This document shows, one piece after another, positions 41,293 through 55,870 of a stretch of DNA of 64,000 nucleotides. The first letter of the stretch is position 1; each line of letters begins with the position of its first letter. Source of the DNA: Chrysomallon squamiferum (lineage: Eukaryota > Animalia > Mollusca). The stretch is from the NCBI GenBank assembly GCA_012295275.1, contig CM022677.1:26598001-26662000 (forward strand), given 5' to 3'. Below the pieces are notes generated by a model that saw only the letters and a list, made by a program, of their open reading frames with translations, was not told the origin of the DNA and ran no database searches. Made by a program: the position numbers and the translations under genes.

Positions 41293-44222
41293 AACACACA
41301 CACACAAACACACACACACACAACCCCCCCACACACACACACACAAAACCACACCTGAATATAACCTGTCTGTCTATGTATGTGTCCAACTGAAATAATA
41401 AAACAGTTTATACCTTATTATTCCATTCTACTTGTTTGCACTGCCCTTCAACTGGTGACCATTTACCATTCTCCTGACATGTTGATGTTGTCTTAGGACC
41501 GAGGAATTGAAAAAATTGTTTACACTGGACTTTTACAGTAGTGTGACATTTTGTTGATTTGTAGCGAATGACGCCTGTTATTAAAACTATGTCTGGAGGA
41601 CCACAGTCGACGTCTTCAGGGAAACAAACAGAAGACAAGACTGGTAAGTAAATTTATGAATTTAATTATTTACTATTTTTAATCTTCTATTACTGTCTGT
41701 TAGCTAGCTATATATACATCTATGTAGCTGTCTATCTATCTATGTAGCTACTATCACCCTGACATACCTATCTATCTGTCTACCTACCTACCTATCTACC
41801 TATCTACCTACCACTGAAAACACACCACCAAGAAATTTTGGATCTGAAAAAGAATACCTAAGCAATAAATATTTTTGTTGTGATAAGCAACAGACAGTTA
41901 ACTGATAATGACAACACACATACAAAGATGAACAGTCATTGTTAAGCTTTAATTAATCTAATATGAAAGACCTGCAGGTTCACAATGATAACAACACAAG
42001 CCAAGCAGTGTCTGATGATCGACCTGTAAGTCATGTGAACAGTGTTCTCAGGTACAGAACTGCTGAGCAGACGTTTCAGCTCTCTGAGGTTTTTCATTTG
42101 TGGATGACATGATGTGCATTGACTAAGGTAATCTAAAATATACTCTAATGGCTCTAAATCAGAGGACTGTGCTGGCTATTCAAGCAAAAAAATATTATTC
42201 TTATTTACATATTCTGTTGTATCAGGTGCTCACCAACCCTGTAATTTCCTGTGACAAAACTTTCAAACACTGGCTCTCACTTGATGTGAGTCAGTCAGTG
42301 TAACACAGAGCACAGTTACAGAGACACTGGCTGCTGCAGAGTGTGGACATTAAAACAAAATAATAAATTTTTTAACTGATGTTTGTCATGTTTTCTCTCA
42401 ATGCCATTATCAAAAAGATATTGTGCACGTTTGAGCCTTTGTTACCATACAGGCAAATTATATAACCTGGTACTTCTATTATAAGTTCATTATCTTTATA
42501 TCAGTCCACTCAATAGATTTAGTGGTGGTACACGTTCTTGATTTTTCTTAAAGATGCTAGCGACTACTAATTATTAGGTTATTCAGTGATTCTGTAAATG
42601 GGTGAACATTCATTCATAAACTTCTTTGAGAACATTCACTTGTTGTTCTAATAAAGACATTATATTCATATTAGCAGAATATCATGATATCTTTAGTTGG
42701 CAAAATTTGATCAAAATGTGTCCATGGTAACTAAGGTAAATACACAAAAACAAACCCAATACTCTGAAAGCCAGTTTCTGTGTTTTACTGTTTCTAACTC
42801 CTAATGCCTTTATCATCTCATAACTTACAACAGAATTCATAGATGTTCCTTATCATCTCATAACTTACAACAGAATTCATAGATGTTCCGTAATTATCTG
42901 TCATAAGAAAGAAGAAATTCTGCTGATTCATGTGGTTCTAATACATCAGTTTTGAATATTCTGTCACATTTTGTGAAATGCAAATCATTTTCTTATATAT
43001 ATATATATATATATACATGTAGATATGTATGTTTGTATCTATATATTTATGCATGTCTTTTGCTTCAGTTTTTGTTTTTGTTTTTTAATTGCTATCTTAC
43101 TAAGTTTAAACCATACAAAACCAATGTAATTTTAACTTACAATGCTCACATTCCTTTGTAGTAAATTTGTCCTGTTTTCCTTTGCAGTTGACATCTTTGT
43201 TTTCTGGAACTGGGTTATTACAATTTCTTCGGTAATAATCCTTTGTTATTCCTTTTCCACATTGTGCAGAGCATGGAGCAGTCAGCGCAAACTTCCATGC
43301 ACTCCAACCTCCAGCAACTAAAAAGCAAAGACATGACTCTGTTAAAAAATGAACTTGAAAAGAATTGTAAAAATTAAATTATAAATAAAGAGCCTCACAG
43401 ACTATTTTTCATTACTCTGTTATCTGTTACAATGATACTCAGAACAACTCATAAAGATTTTTTTTAAAATGTTATAAAAATACTACAAATATATTTGGTA
43501 TTTTTCTATGAATTATTTCTTAATACTTTCATGGTTATTTCTTAATTTCACCGCCATTAGAAACCAAATTTGTTTTACACAAAACTTTCATATTTTTTAA
43601 ACAAAACAAGGTTTATCTCCTCATTTTATTACTATGCTGCATGCACAAAAAAACATCAACTATGTAATGATATGTTTTCTGTATTGCTTAAAACTGTTTT
43701 TCTTTATCTCAGTGGGTTTTTTAAATTTCCTTACTTGGACATTTCCTAATTTTGTGAAAGCATTTGACTCTTTTGGACCAGGTTGCCTTGCCTGGACAGG
43801 TATGTCCTAAGAAGTTTGGTTTAGGGTTGCACTGCCTAATGTAAAAACGATAAGCGTAAGTATCACCACATGTTATTTGTGGACACTGCTCCTTGATTAT
43901 GTGAGGGGAGGACCAAACACCATTGACTGAAAATAAAGAAAGAAAAACAATATAAAACAAAAATAATAATAAAACAATTAACAGAAATCAACCTGAAAAA
44001 GACCAAACACCATTGACTGAAAATAAAGAAAGAAAAACAATATAAAACAAAAATAATAATTAACAAAATTTAACAGGAATCAAACTGAAAAAGACCAAAC
44101 ATACTGATTTATTAAGTGTGGATGTTTGTTTGGTATGTATGTATCTACAAAGCTGAGTGTAGTGTGTATGTGTGCATGCATGCTTTGTGTTGGTGTGTGT
44201 GTGTGAGAGAGAGTGTCGGTTT

Positions 44223-44294
<72 letters not shown>

Positions 44295-44863
44295 CACACT
44301 GACACTCATGAAAGCACACACAATGAGTTAACCACTCTGTATGACAGTTATAAAACTAACTTGGACAGTTATGAAAATTGTCACAGTCTTCTATCATAGT
44401 CTTTGTGTCTGATCCTGGACAGGTTTTTCCTCCATGTGATGGTGATGGGCTGTCACATGCACGTTTGTGAACCCTGTTTAGTGTCCCAGTGCCACACGTG
44501 TGGTCACATTTGCTTTTTCTTGCAGTCTTTCTCCAATGTCCCCAGTTACCATTCACTGAACAGAAACGATCCAAACAACAACACTCACAAAAGCAACAAC
44601 AGAAATTAAACATTTATATATGATGATATTTTAATCACAGTGTTTTAACAAACATTTTTCCTGTTGTTGTTGAGTTACATTTTTTGAAAACAATTTAATT
44701 CTTTTTCTTTTTCATGAGGTTTCTGACAGTGATAGTAAAGTGAGTGCATATTTATTACACAATTATTTATTCAGTCCTGCTGAAGTAGTCCTAAGGAAAA
44801 TATTCATATAACAACAACTTACTTTTGATAGCTTTAAAATATCTCTATTTTTGTTGCAAATTT

Positions 44864-44917
<54 letters not shown>

Positions 44918-45393
44918 TGAATGTTTAAGTATTTGTTTATAGTCTTTTTTTGAAACTCTACAGTTAATGATGTGTCTACCTGGACATGGAACTAACTGGT
45001 TACATTCTTGATAAAGAACCAATACATCTTTCCCTTTACAGTGTTTGCCATTGTACTTCGGTTTAGGATCATTACAATCTCTTACAAAATGCTTCGTTTT
45101 TGTCCCACCAGAACCACATGTGACACTGCAAACTGTAGCTTGTTCCTGTAGAACCCATTCACTCCAGCCACCGTCAACTGTTCAGTTTTGAAATCATTGA
45201 TATCAATACAAGTGAAAAGAGAAAAACAAACAAATCAGTAACACACATATAAAAACAAATTTGAACACAAACACAAATATACAGTGTCTGATATTTTCTG
45301 TGTTTGTGTATGTGTATGTGAAATATGTTTGTGTGTCTGAGTGTGTGGGTATGTGTGGCCATGGATGTGTGTGTGCATGTGTGAGTATGTGTA

Positions 45394-45447
<54 letters not shown>

Positions 45448-47996
45448 TAAACTGTATGACAAATGATCTAAAAGAATACAATTTTTTCCAATTTTTTTTT
45501 TTATCAGTTTAATTTACTTGTTTTTTTTAATGTTTATTATTATTTTTTTTTTATATATTTATTTATTTATGTATTAGTAAGTCATAAACAAATTCTTACT
45601 TTGACAATGTTCAGTTAGTGTACAGAGCTCCAAAATCTTCTTGACATTTTGTCCAGGACAGGGTTTTCCCCGATGTTTTGGTTTGGGACTGTCACAGTAA
45701 CGCTTAAATGATATTTTGTTTATCCCATCTCCACATGTTACAGAGCAATCTCCAACATTTGTTCTCTGCCAAGGACTCCATCTACCATTAACTGAAAAAA
45801 TACACCTACATACAGACATACATACATACATACTTTTACACAGTGTATATAACTCTACCCGGTACAGAATATAGATATAGAAACACACATGCATACATTT
45901 GTACATTATTTTTAGGGTACCATGCTTCATTTCTCTCACATCTTTTGGAACAATTTAATGATGTAGTGTGGGATATGATGTGGGACTAATAAATAAATAT
46001 AATAGATATATATTTATACATACACACACCTTTTCTTCAAAATTTTAAAGATTAAAAAAAGAAACAATACAAATATTAAAAAAATGAATAATAATAAAGA
46101 AAAGTCAATAGCATAAATATACATCAAATATCTAACTTGTTTTAAAATTATTCAATATTTATTATTAATATTATTATTACAGTTATTTTTGAGTCTTTAA
46201 TCTTATTTGCAAGTTTTCTGGCTGTCTCAGGGACCGTTATGAGAATTCTCATCATTATTAATATTTTAATGATTAGCAATATCTGCTCATTTTCTTTGTT
46301 TTCATATACTAGATGATCAAAACAGAAATAGACTGGTTTTCTATTACCAGGACACAAAACACCAGTTTGGCATGAATTTGTAGTATGTTTTCTTGGATTT
46401 CCTTTACACATCTTTCCATTGTTTTCTGGCTTTGGATTATTGCAGTAGCGAATGTAGAATCTGTACTGACTTCCTATGCCACATCTGACAGAACATTTGG
46501 TTGATGTCATTAGTACCCATCTACTCCAACCTCCATCAACTGAGAATAACAACAACCAAAACAATTTAAAAAAAAGAAGAAAAAAAAAGCCTAATTACAA
46601 TTTGAAAAATAATAATAGAAGTTAAGAAACAACAATAATAATTGTAATAATAATAATTGAATTAATAATAATAATAATAATAATAATAATGATAGTAATT
46701 ATTATTATTAGTATTATTATTATTGTTGTTATTAAATACATAGATCTAATAATGATATTAGTAAAAATAATGATAGGATTTAGTAATAATAATAATAACT
46801 AATAATAATGAAAATAAATAAATAATGTAAAAATCATAACAGGAATTAATAATAATTCATAAATAATAAATAACTAATACACAACAAATTTTAACATTAA
46901 TAATAATAAATAGATAAATAAATATCATGATCATCATTAGTTTATTATTATTGCTTCTGTTGTTCTAATATCTTTCCTGTTTAAATCACATTATGTATTG
47001 GTTTATTTTCTTTATTTTGATTTTTAGAATTATTTATTGTTTTGGCAGAGCAGTAAAATGGTGAATGAAGAAAATGTTAAATTATACTGAAAATGTAAGG
47101 AATGTACATATGAGTGTCATCTCTCTTGAAAGTTAAAGTTTGAAAATGTCTGATGTTCCAATATCAGAATGACTAAATATTACATATATCTTTCATTCTT
47201 TTTTATACACAGCATCAAAATGATCAAATTTGTTAATGCCAGTGTATTTAAAAAAATTATAATTGCCTTTGAAATTACTTTGATAAGAACATATAACACT
47301 GTTTCTTAATCTTTTCAATATTATCTTTTATGGCATTATTTTAGCAATTCTCCAGTATATTCAAAATAATTTTGATATAAAAAACAAATATGTGACATTA
47401 CTTTTATCTTTCATTCTGCACTCTTTCATATTATTTATAATACTGATTTAAAAAATATATGACATTACTTTTATCTTTCATAATACACTCATATTATTTA
47501 TAATACTGATATAAAAATATATATGACATTACTTTTATCTTTCATTCTGCACTCACTCATATTATCTATAATACTGAAATAAAAATATATATAATACTTT
47601 TATCTTTCATTCTGCACTCACTCATATTATTTATAATACTGATTTAAAAAAATATATATGACATTACTTTTATATTTCATAATGCACTCAGTCATATTAT
47701 TTATAATACTGATATAAAAACATATATGACATTACTTTTATATTTCATAATGCACTCACTCATATTATTTATAATACTGATATAAAAACATATATGACAT
47801 TACTTTTATATTTCATAATGCACTCAGTCATATTATTTATAATACTGATATAAAAATATATATGACATTACTTTTATCTTTCAGTCTGCACTCACTAATA
47901 TTATTTATAATCACTGCACTACTTTTCTTATATCATAATCATGATAGTAATTATTATCATAATCACAATTATATGATTGTTATTATTATTTTCATT

Positions 47997-48034
<38 letters not shown>

Positions 48035-51000
48035 AACTTTTTGAATTAATTTTCTTTACCTGGACAAGCTTGGTGTGTAAAGCATTTCTCTGTCATGGAT
48101 TTCCTGGTATCTCCAACACACATCTTTCCATTGTTCTTGGGTTTGGGTTGATCACAAAACCGACCATAAACTGCTGTAAGTTTTCCAACCCCACAAGTTA
48201 CACTACACAGGGTCTTTCTACCCAGTGTCCAGCGACCCCACCCTCCATTTACTAATAACAATAATGATTATAAATTAATAAAGAAAGAAAAGTCCATGAG
48301 CCAAGATTCCATTTACTAATAACAATAATGATTATAAATTAATAAATAAAGAATAGTCCATGAACCCAAGATTCCATTTACTAATAACAATAATGATTAT
48401 AAATTAATAAATAAAATAAATAAAGAAAGAAAGAAAAGTCCAAATAAAATAAATAAAGAAAGAAAAGTCCATGAACCCAAGATTCCATTTACTAATAACA
48501 ATAATGATTATAAATTAATAAAGAAAGAAAGAAAAGTCCATGAACCCAAGATTCCATTTACTAATAACAATAATGATTATAAATTAATAAATAAAATAAA
48601 TAAAGAAAGAAAGAAAAGTCCATGTACCCAAGATTCCATTTACTAATAACAATAATGATTATAAATTAATAAATAAAATAAATAAAGAAAGAAAGAAAAG
48701 TCCATGTACCCAAGATTCCATTTACTAATAACAATAATGATTATAAATTAATAAATAAAATAAATAAATAAAAGTTCATGAACCCAAGATTTCATTTACT
48801 ATAACAATAATGATTATAAATTAATAAAGAAAATAAATAAAGAAAGAAAAGTCCATGAACCCAAGATTCCATTTACTAATAACAATAATGATTATAAATT
48901 AATAAATAAAATAAATAAATAAAAGTCCATGAACCCAAGATTCCATTTACTAATAACAATAATGATTATAAATTAATAAATAAAATAAATAAATAAAAGT
49001 TCATGAACCCAAGATTCCATTTACTAATAACAATAATGATTATAAATTAATAAATAAAATAAATAAATAAAAGTTCATGAACCCAAGATTCCATTTACTA
49101 ATAACAATAATGATTATAAATTAATAAATAAAATAAATAAATAAAAGTCCATGAACCCAAGATTCCATTTACTAATAACAATAATGATTATAAATTAATA
49201 AATAAAATAAAAAAATAAAAGTTCATGAACCCAAGATTTCATTTACTATAACAATAATGATTATAAATTAATAAATAAAAAAAGAAAGAAAAGTCCATGA
49301 ACCCAAGATTCCATTTACTAATAACAATAATGATTATAAATTAATAAATAAAATAAATAAATAAAAGTCCATGAACCCAAGATTCCATTTACTAATAACA
49401 ATAATGATTATAAATTAATAAATAAAATAAATAAATAAAAGTTCATGAACCCAAGATTCCATTTACTAATAACAATAATGATTATAAATTAATAAAGAAA
49501 ATAAAGAAAGAAAAGTCCATGTACCCAAGATTCCATTTACTAATAGCAATAATGATTATAAATTAATAAAGAAAATAAATAAAGAAAGAAAAGTCCATGA
49601 ACCCAAGATTCCATTTACTAATAACAATAATGATTATAAATTAATAAAGAAAGAAAGAAAAGTCCATGTACCCAAGATTCCATTTACTAATAACAATAAT
49701 GATTATAAATTAATAAAGAAAATAAATAAATAAATAAAAGTCCATGTACCCAAGATTCCATTTACTAATAACAATAATGATTATAAATTAATAAATAAAT
49801 AAAGAAAGAAAAGTCCATGAACCCTGTTTTTGGTATACTGTGTTTTAACTGGCATGTCAGTGTAATAATTTTTTTGTGTTTTTTTAATTATGCTTCATAC
49901 CTGGGCAGGTTTTTAATTCTTCTTTGCACATATTTACTCCAGACTTTTCCAATGGACCTTGACATGGATTTCCTTTGAACTGTGGTCTGGGATTGCTGCA
50001 CGTTCTCCTGTATAAGACTGTTTTTGTTCCAGAACCACACGTAACACTGCATGAATCTTCTCTTACCCGCCACCAATGACTCCAACCTCCATTAACTACA
50101 AATAAATAAATAAACATTTTTAATGATGTAGCTTAAATATATACTTTAAATATGTCTTGTGATGATAAGCTGTCAAAGAAAATTTTGTGTTTATGTTAAC
50201 CAAAAACCTAAAAAACTAAAAGTAAAAAAAGAAAATATAATAGTGAGATAAAAGATTATTTTCAGCACTGAATTTGTGTTAAACTACTTTCAATAGATGA
50301 TAAGCTACTTAAATGATCAGTAAATGTAGTGTTAAACTACTTTCAATAGATGATAAGCTACTTAAATGATCAGTAAATGTAGTGTTAGTCTAAATTCTAA
50401 ACAAAATGAATTCTTATTTGAAACGTCTGTTTTAAATCAATATTAATAGATTTTAAGATAGATTAAATGACATGCTGCAAGACAGAATTTACTTATTAAT
50501 TTAAAACTAATTAAAAATTGTTTTCAAAAACAATTAATATTTATTTTCTTAAAAACGATTAATATTTATTTATTTAAAAACAATTAAAATGTATGTTTTA
50601 TTTAATAATATTTATTAATTTATTTGAAAACACATGAACTTATTAAATAACTTATCTGACCTGGACAGTTTGTTTCTGCACTACAGACAACCTCCAAAGT
50701 GAGTTTTGTTTGCCCCTCACATGGTTTTCCTTTATGACTGGGTTTCGGATCAGTACAGTATCGCTCATAGTGCTCAATATGCTTTCCAAAGCCACAGGTG
50801 ACACTGCACACTTCCTGTCTCTCTTTCAACCAGGAACTCCAGCCTCCATGGACTACAAATATTTATAAATATACATCTATATATATAGATAGATAGATAT
50901 ATACATCTATATATATAGATAGACAGATAGATATATACATCTATATATATAGATAGATAGATATATACATAGATAGATATATATATCTATATATATATAT

Positions 51001-52727
51001 AGACAGACAGATATATACATCTATATATATATAGATAGACAGAAATATAAATATATACAACTGAACTGCAATTTATCCACTACTGACTACAAAAATATAA
51101 TAAATTATGATAATTATTACTGTTTCATTTTTATAATTTTTTTATTACTGTTTTTATTTCTACAATACTGAATTGTTTTAAAACATTTCCTCTTTAAGAA
51201 ACAGTTATTAAAAATTGTTTTTCATTGACTCTGATAACATGTCAAACATAATGAAATAAAAATAGGTATAAAGTATTATTTTAGACAATTCATGGTTGTT
51301 GTTGTTGTTTTGAATTATATTTAACAATATTTTTATATAACAAATAACAATTTAGATTAACTGATATTTTTTTCTGTTTTCTCCTTCTTTCTTATTTATT
51401 TCTGGACTAACACATCCAACATTTTTTGCTCTAATGATACACATATTAATGTATGATGCTGCATACAGTAATTATCTTTTACATTCTTCCTGTTGATTAT
51501 AATTATGAAGATTACCTGTGTAACAGTAATTGTGAAGATTACCTGGTCAGTGTGTGAATGTACTGTATAGATCTGATAAATATCTCTTACATTCTTTCTG
51601 TAAAACACTAATTATGAAGATTACCTGTATAACAGTAATTATGAAGAATACCTGAACAGTGTGTGAATGTACTGTATAGATCTGATAAATATCTCTTACA
51701 TTCTTTCTTATAAAACACTAATTATGAAGATTACCTGTGTAACAGTAATTATGAAGATTACCTGGTCAAATGTGTGAATGTACTGTATAGATCTGATAAA
51801 TATCTCTTACATTCTTCCTGTATAACAGTAATTATGAAGATTACCTGGACAGTGTGTGAATGTTTGGCATGGCTCTTTTGAGACTTTCTCAGATTTTCCC
51901 TTACATGGTTGTCCATTGTGTTTTGGTGCTGGATTATCACAAGTCCTAGAGAAGGATGCCTCCTGTAATCCAATACCACAAGTGACACTGCATTTTTCAA
52001 CATTATCTTCTAACCAAGAAGACCAACCACCATTAACTAAATATAATAATAATAATATAAATCATGTGTATGTGTGCGTGTTTATGATTTGGTTGAAAAT
52101 TGAGGTGAAAAAAAAAAAAATATATATATATATTCATGTCCATAAAAGTAAAGAATATACATATATATAATTAAACAGTTTAAAAGGTTTAAAAGGCACC
52201 AGATTTAACATAATCACACACACACACACACACTGTTATATAATGGATAGTTTTATAAAACACATATATACTGGTTATTTTATTTTCTCCAGCATAATTT
52301 GCTTATAGTTTATTCACAGTTTGCAATCATATACTTCATGCTGAACAAGACACAAGATAAAAACCAGACTTTAAAATATTGGAAACATCCTTACTAGAAC
52401 AGTTCTTATGCATATCACAAGTCTTCACCAAAGACACTTTGAGTCTTCCTTTGCACTGTTTTCCTTTATGTCTGGGCTCTGGTTTGCTGCAGCTGCGAGT
52501 GTAATGAACAACACGTTTTCCTACTCCACAACTAACACTGCACCTCTCAGAACTCTTAGCAGTCCAGCTACTCCAACCACCATCAACTAGAAACAAATCA
52601 ATCAGTCAATCAATCAGTCAATCAATCAAATAAATGAGTGAATAATTGTTCAAAATACACACAAGGGTAAAATTAAGGACTATAAAGAGTGTTGGAAATC
52701 TTGTGTACGTATATATATATATATATA

Positions 52728-52770
<43 letters not shown>

Positions 52771-52910
52771 AAATTAATAATTATTACTTGTAATGATGTC
52801 TGTGAGTGCTTGTATTAGCAAAACATATTTTATAAACATCTTCTTAGGGACAGAAAAGCACATACAAGTATTAAAGTATTTATCTATTTCTGGAGAACTT
52901 AACATTAGCT

Positions 52911-52950
<40 letters not shown>

Positions 52951-54199
52951 TCAAATTACATTTTCTTGAATTTGATTTTTCTGTATGTTTATTTTGAACC
53001 TCAAGATTATTATTATTATATATATATATATATATATAAGGTATCTCAGATGTCATATGTCATCCCAAATACAGTATTTTATATTTTGTTTAAAGCTGAA
53101 GAACACTTCTTTTTAAAACAAAGCTTTATTATTTTTGTCTTTCATCACTACAGACCAACTGTCTAACTGTAGTGAGCTATATTATAATATATCAACTTTG
53201 TAGGGTTTTTTAATTAACTGTTCTGATCTGTATTGTCAAATGAAAATAATTTAATTCCACAAAATAGTTTTGGCTTCTGAAACAGCTGATGCATTCAAAA
53301 CTAAATGTGGGATTGTGATTATATACAAAACAGGATTAGATACAGTTACATGGCAACTTGATATTTTAATTCAGAAATAATGTACAAAATTAATGAGGTT
53401 GTTACAGTGGTCTTATCTTTCTTCTTCCAATGTCTGTGTATTGGAATCTTGACAGAGAACAGAAAGCTAAACCAGCACTGCTGTTAAATTCTGCCTACAC
53501 TGGCTGATAATTTAGTACAACTGAATAACATTTCCAAACATTGCCAAAAGTGTCTCAGTTTTAATTTGATGTTAAAATTGTATTAACTCTGATAAAACTG
53601 TTTAAATTCTTTTTTCTTTATTTAGTTATTTATCTAAATTAAATTTAAATATTTATTATTTTTATTATTATTGTTATTATTATTATTATTATTTTTATTA
53701 TTATTATTATTATTATTTGTTTTTGTTGATACAAAATAAAGGCTGTATTTTTATGAATTATATTTTAATTTATTTTGTATTTGCAATTGAGATTTTATGC
53801 TGATATTTTTTCACTGGATACAATCAGTGCTTAATAATAATGTGTATGTATGTATCTTCAAGGATCTATGAATATATATATATATATTTCCATTAACAGA
53901 GACAACACATGAAGATTAACACAGACAAATTAAAAATGTACAATCTATTTTCCATTAAACACATCAAATAATAACAAAACAAGTCATTAAGTTGTGATAT
54001 TTTTAAGGACAAGTCACATGTTACCCCATCCACCATCCATCTGAAAATTTCAAACAAACATGGTTTTCCATTATTTGTGGTTTTGGATTATATATATATT
54101 TAAATATATATGTTTTCCCCTCTTTTACAAGTGACACTGCATGTTCCCTGGCTAGTTTTAACCCAGTTACCCCATCCACCATCCACTGAAAAACAACAA

Positions 54200-54262
<63 letters not shown>

Positions 54263-55837
54263 TTTTGTCAGATTAGAGTTTTTAATATTGGTTTTCACCT
54301 TTAAAAAAAAGAAAATTAAATAAATAAAAAGAATAGAAAAATAAGAAACACACATATAAAAAGTGAACATTTGATGTTTGTTATTGTACAACCTATTAAA
54401 AAAATAAACTGAGAACAAAACGCATCAGCAAACACACAAACACACACACAATTTATACACACAATGTATAAACATGCAAACACTTAGACAGTCACACACA
54501 CAGAGTTATTGTAAATGACAATTTGCCTGCACAAGTGTATCCAGTGTCACAGGATTTCTCTTCAAACTTCCTAGGACTTCCTTTACAGGTTTTTCCATTG
54601 TGCTGCGGCCTTGGTTTAGTACACGTCCTGACGTAAAATACACGTTGTTTTCCAGCACCACAGGTCACACTGCACTCTTCAGAATTTGCTTCACTCCAAG
54701 AGTTCCAAGAACCATCCACTGGAAATTTAAATTATTGATTGATATATATTCACAAATGGAATATGTACAAACAGGTATAAAAAAAGCTACTGATGGATTT
54801 TATGTATTCCTGTATTCAAAACTTATAGCTTTGATGTGATCAGTTTACAGTTCTGATGATTTCATTGGATCATTAGTCATATATTTAAAAAATATATATA
54901 CACAAAATAGCTGATTAATGTCTTAAGGATATAAAATTCATCATAGTAGAACAGAACACCAAATTAAAGTGAGGCTAATCTTGCTGCATTCAGCCTTGGA
55001 CCTAAACAGAATAATGCCAATAACTTAAGACAGTAACCTAACCAGTTTGTTATACTGAAATTAAAACATACATACATAGATACATATATATATATATATA
55101 TAAAAACCAGAAATAAAGCATTAAAGAACTAACTCTTGACAATATATATGCAAATAACAAATACATCAAGAAGCTAAATGTTTTTGGTCAGTGACTGAAA
55201 CTATATAAATTTATGTAGTCATCATATCTTGCTGTTGCATACAGTGATTGCAGGGATAAACTTTATTCAGTTATAACTTCATACAAAAATGTTACCTGGA
55301 CATTTAACCTCTGCATGACATTGATCTACACCAGTTCTCTCTGTTCTGCCCAGACATGGCTTCCCACTGTACTGTGGTGTTGGATTATTACAAACTCGTT
55401 TGTAATGCACTGTGTGACTTCCAGTATCACACGTCACACTGCATGGACCAGATTTCACACTGACCCAAGGACTCCAAGCACCATCAACTTTTTGATAATA
55501 AAACAAGAGAAGAAAATATCACTGACTACAAAAATGTTGTGATCCAAAAACATATATAACATATATAACCCCAAAAATAAAAGTAATTCCCTAGTCATGT
55601 GAAATAGAAGCGTACAAAATATTTGAATCTCAGAAGAAATGAATAAACAAAACTCATTACCAGGATTATAAATACTGATGTGATATCAATAAAAAGTTAA
55701 TATTAACATACTTAAAAAATGAATGTATATGTATATATATATATATATATATGCACATACTTATTAAGTTAATACTTGAAACATATGGTTCTTCTAATGC
55801 ATATAACAATATTAGTAAAAAAATAGTAAAAGAACAA

Positions 55838-55870
<33 letters not shown>

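Noticed and set aside
41900-42900. Non-repetitive intronic segment as a possible hidden exon
   Set aside because: No recognisable ORF or domain; the exons on either side join in phase without it
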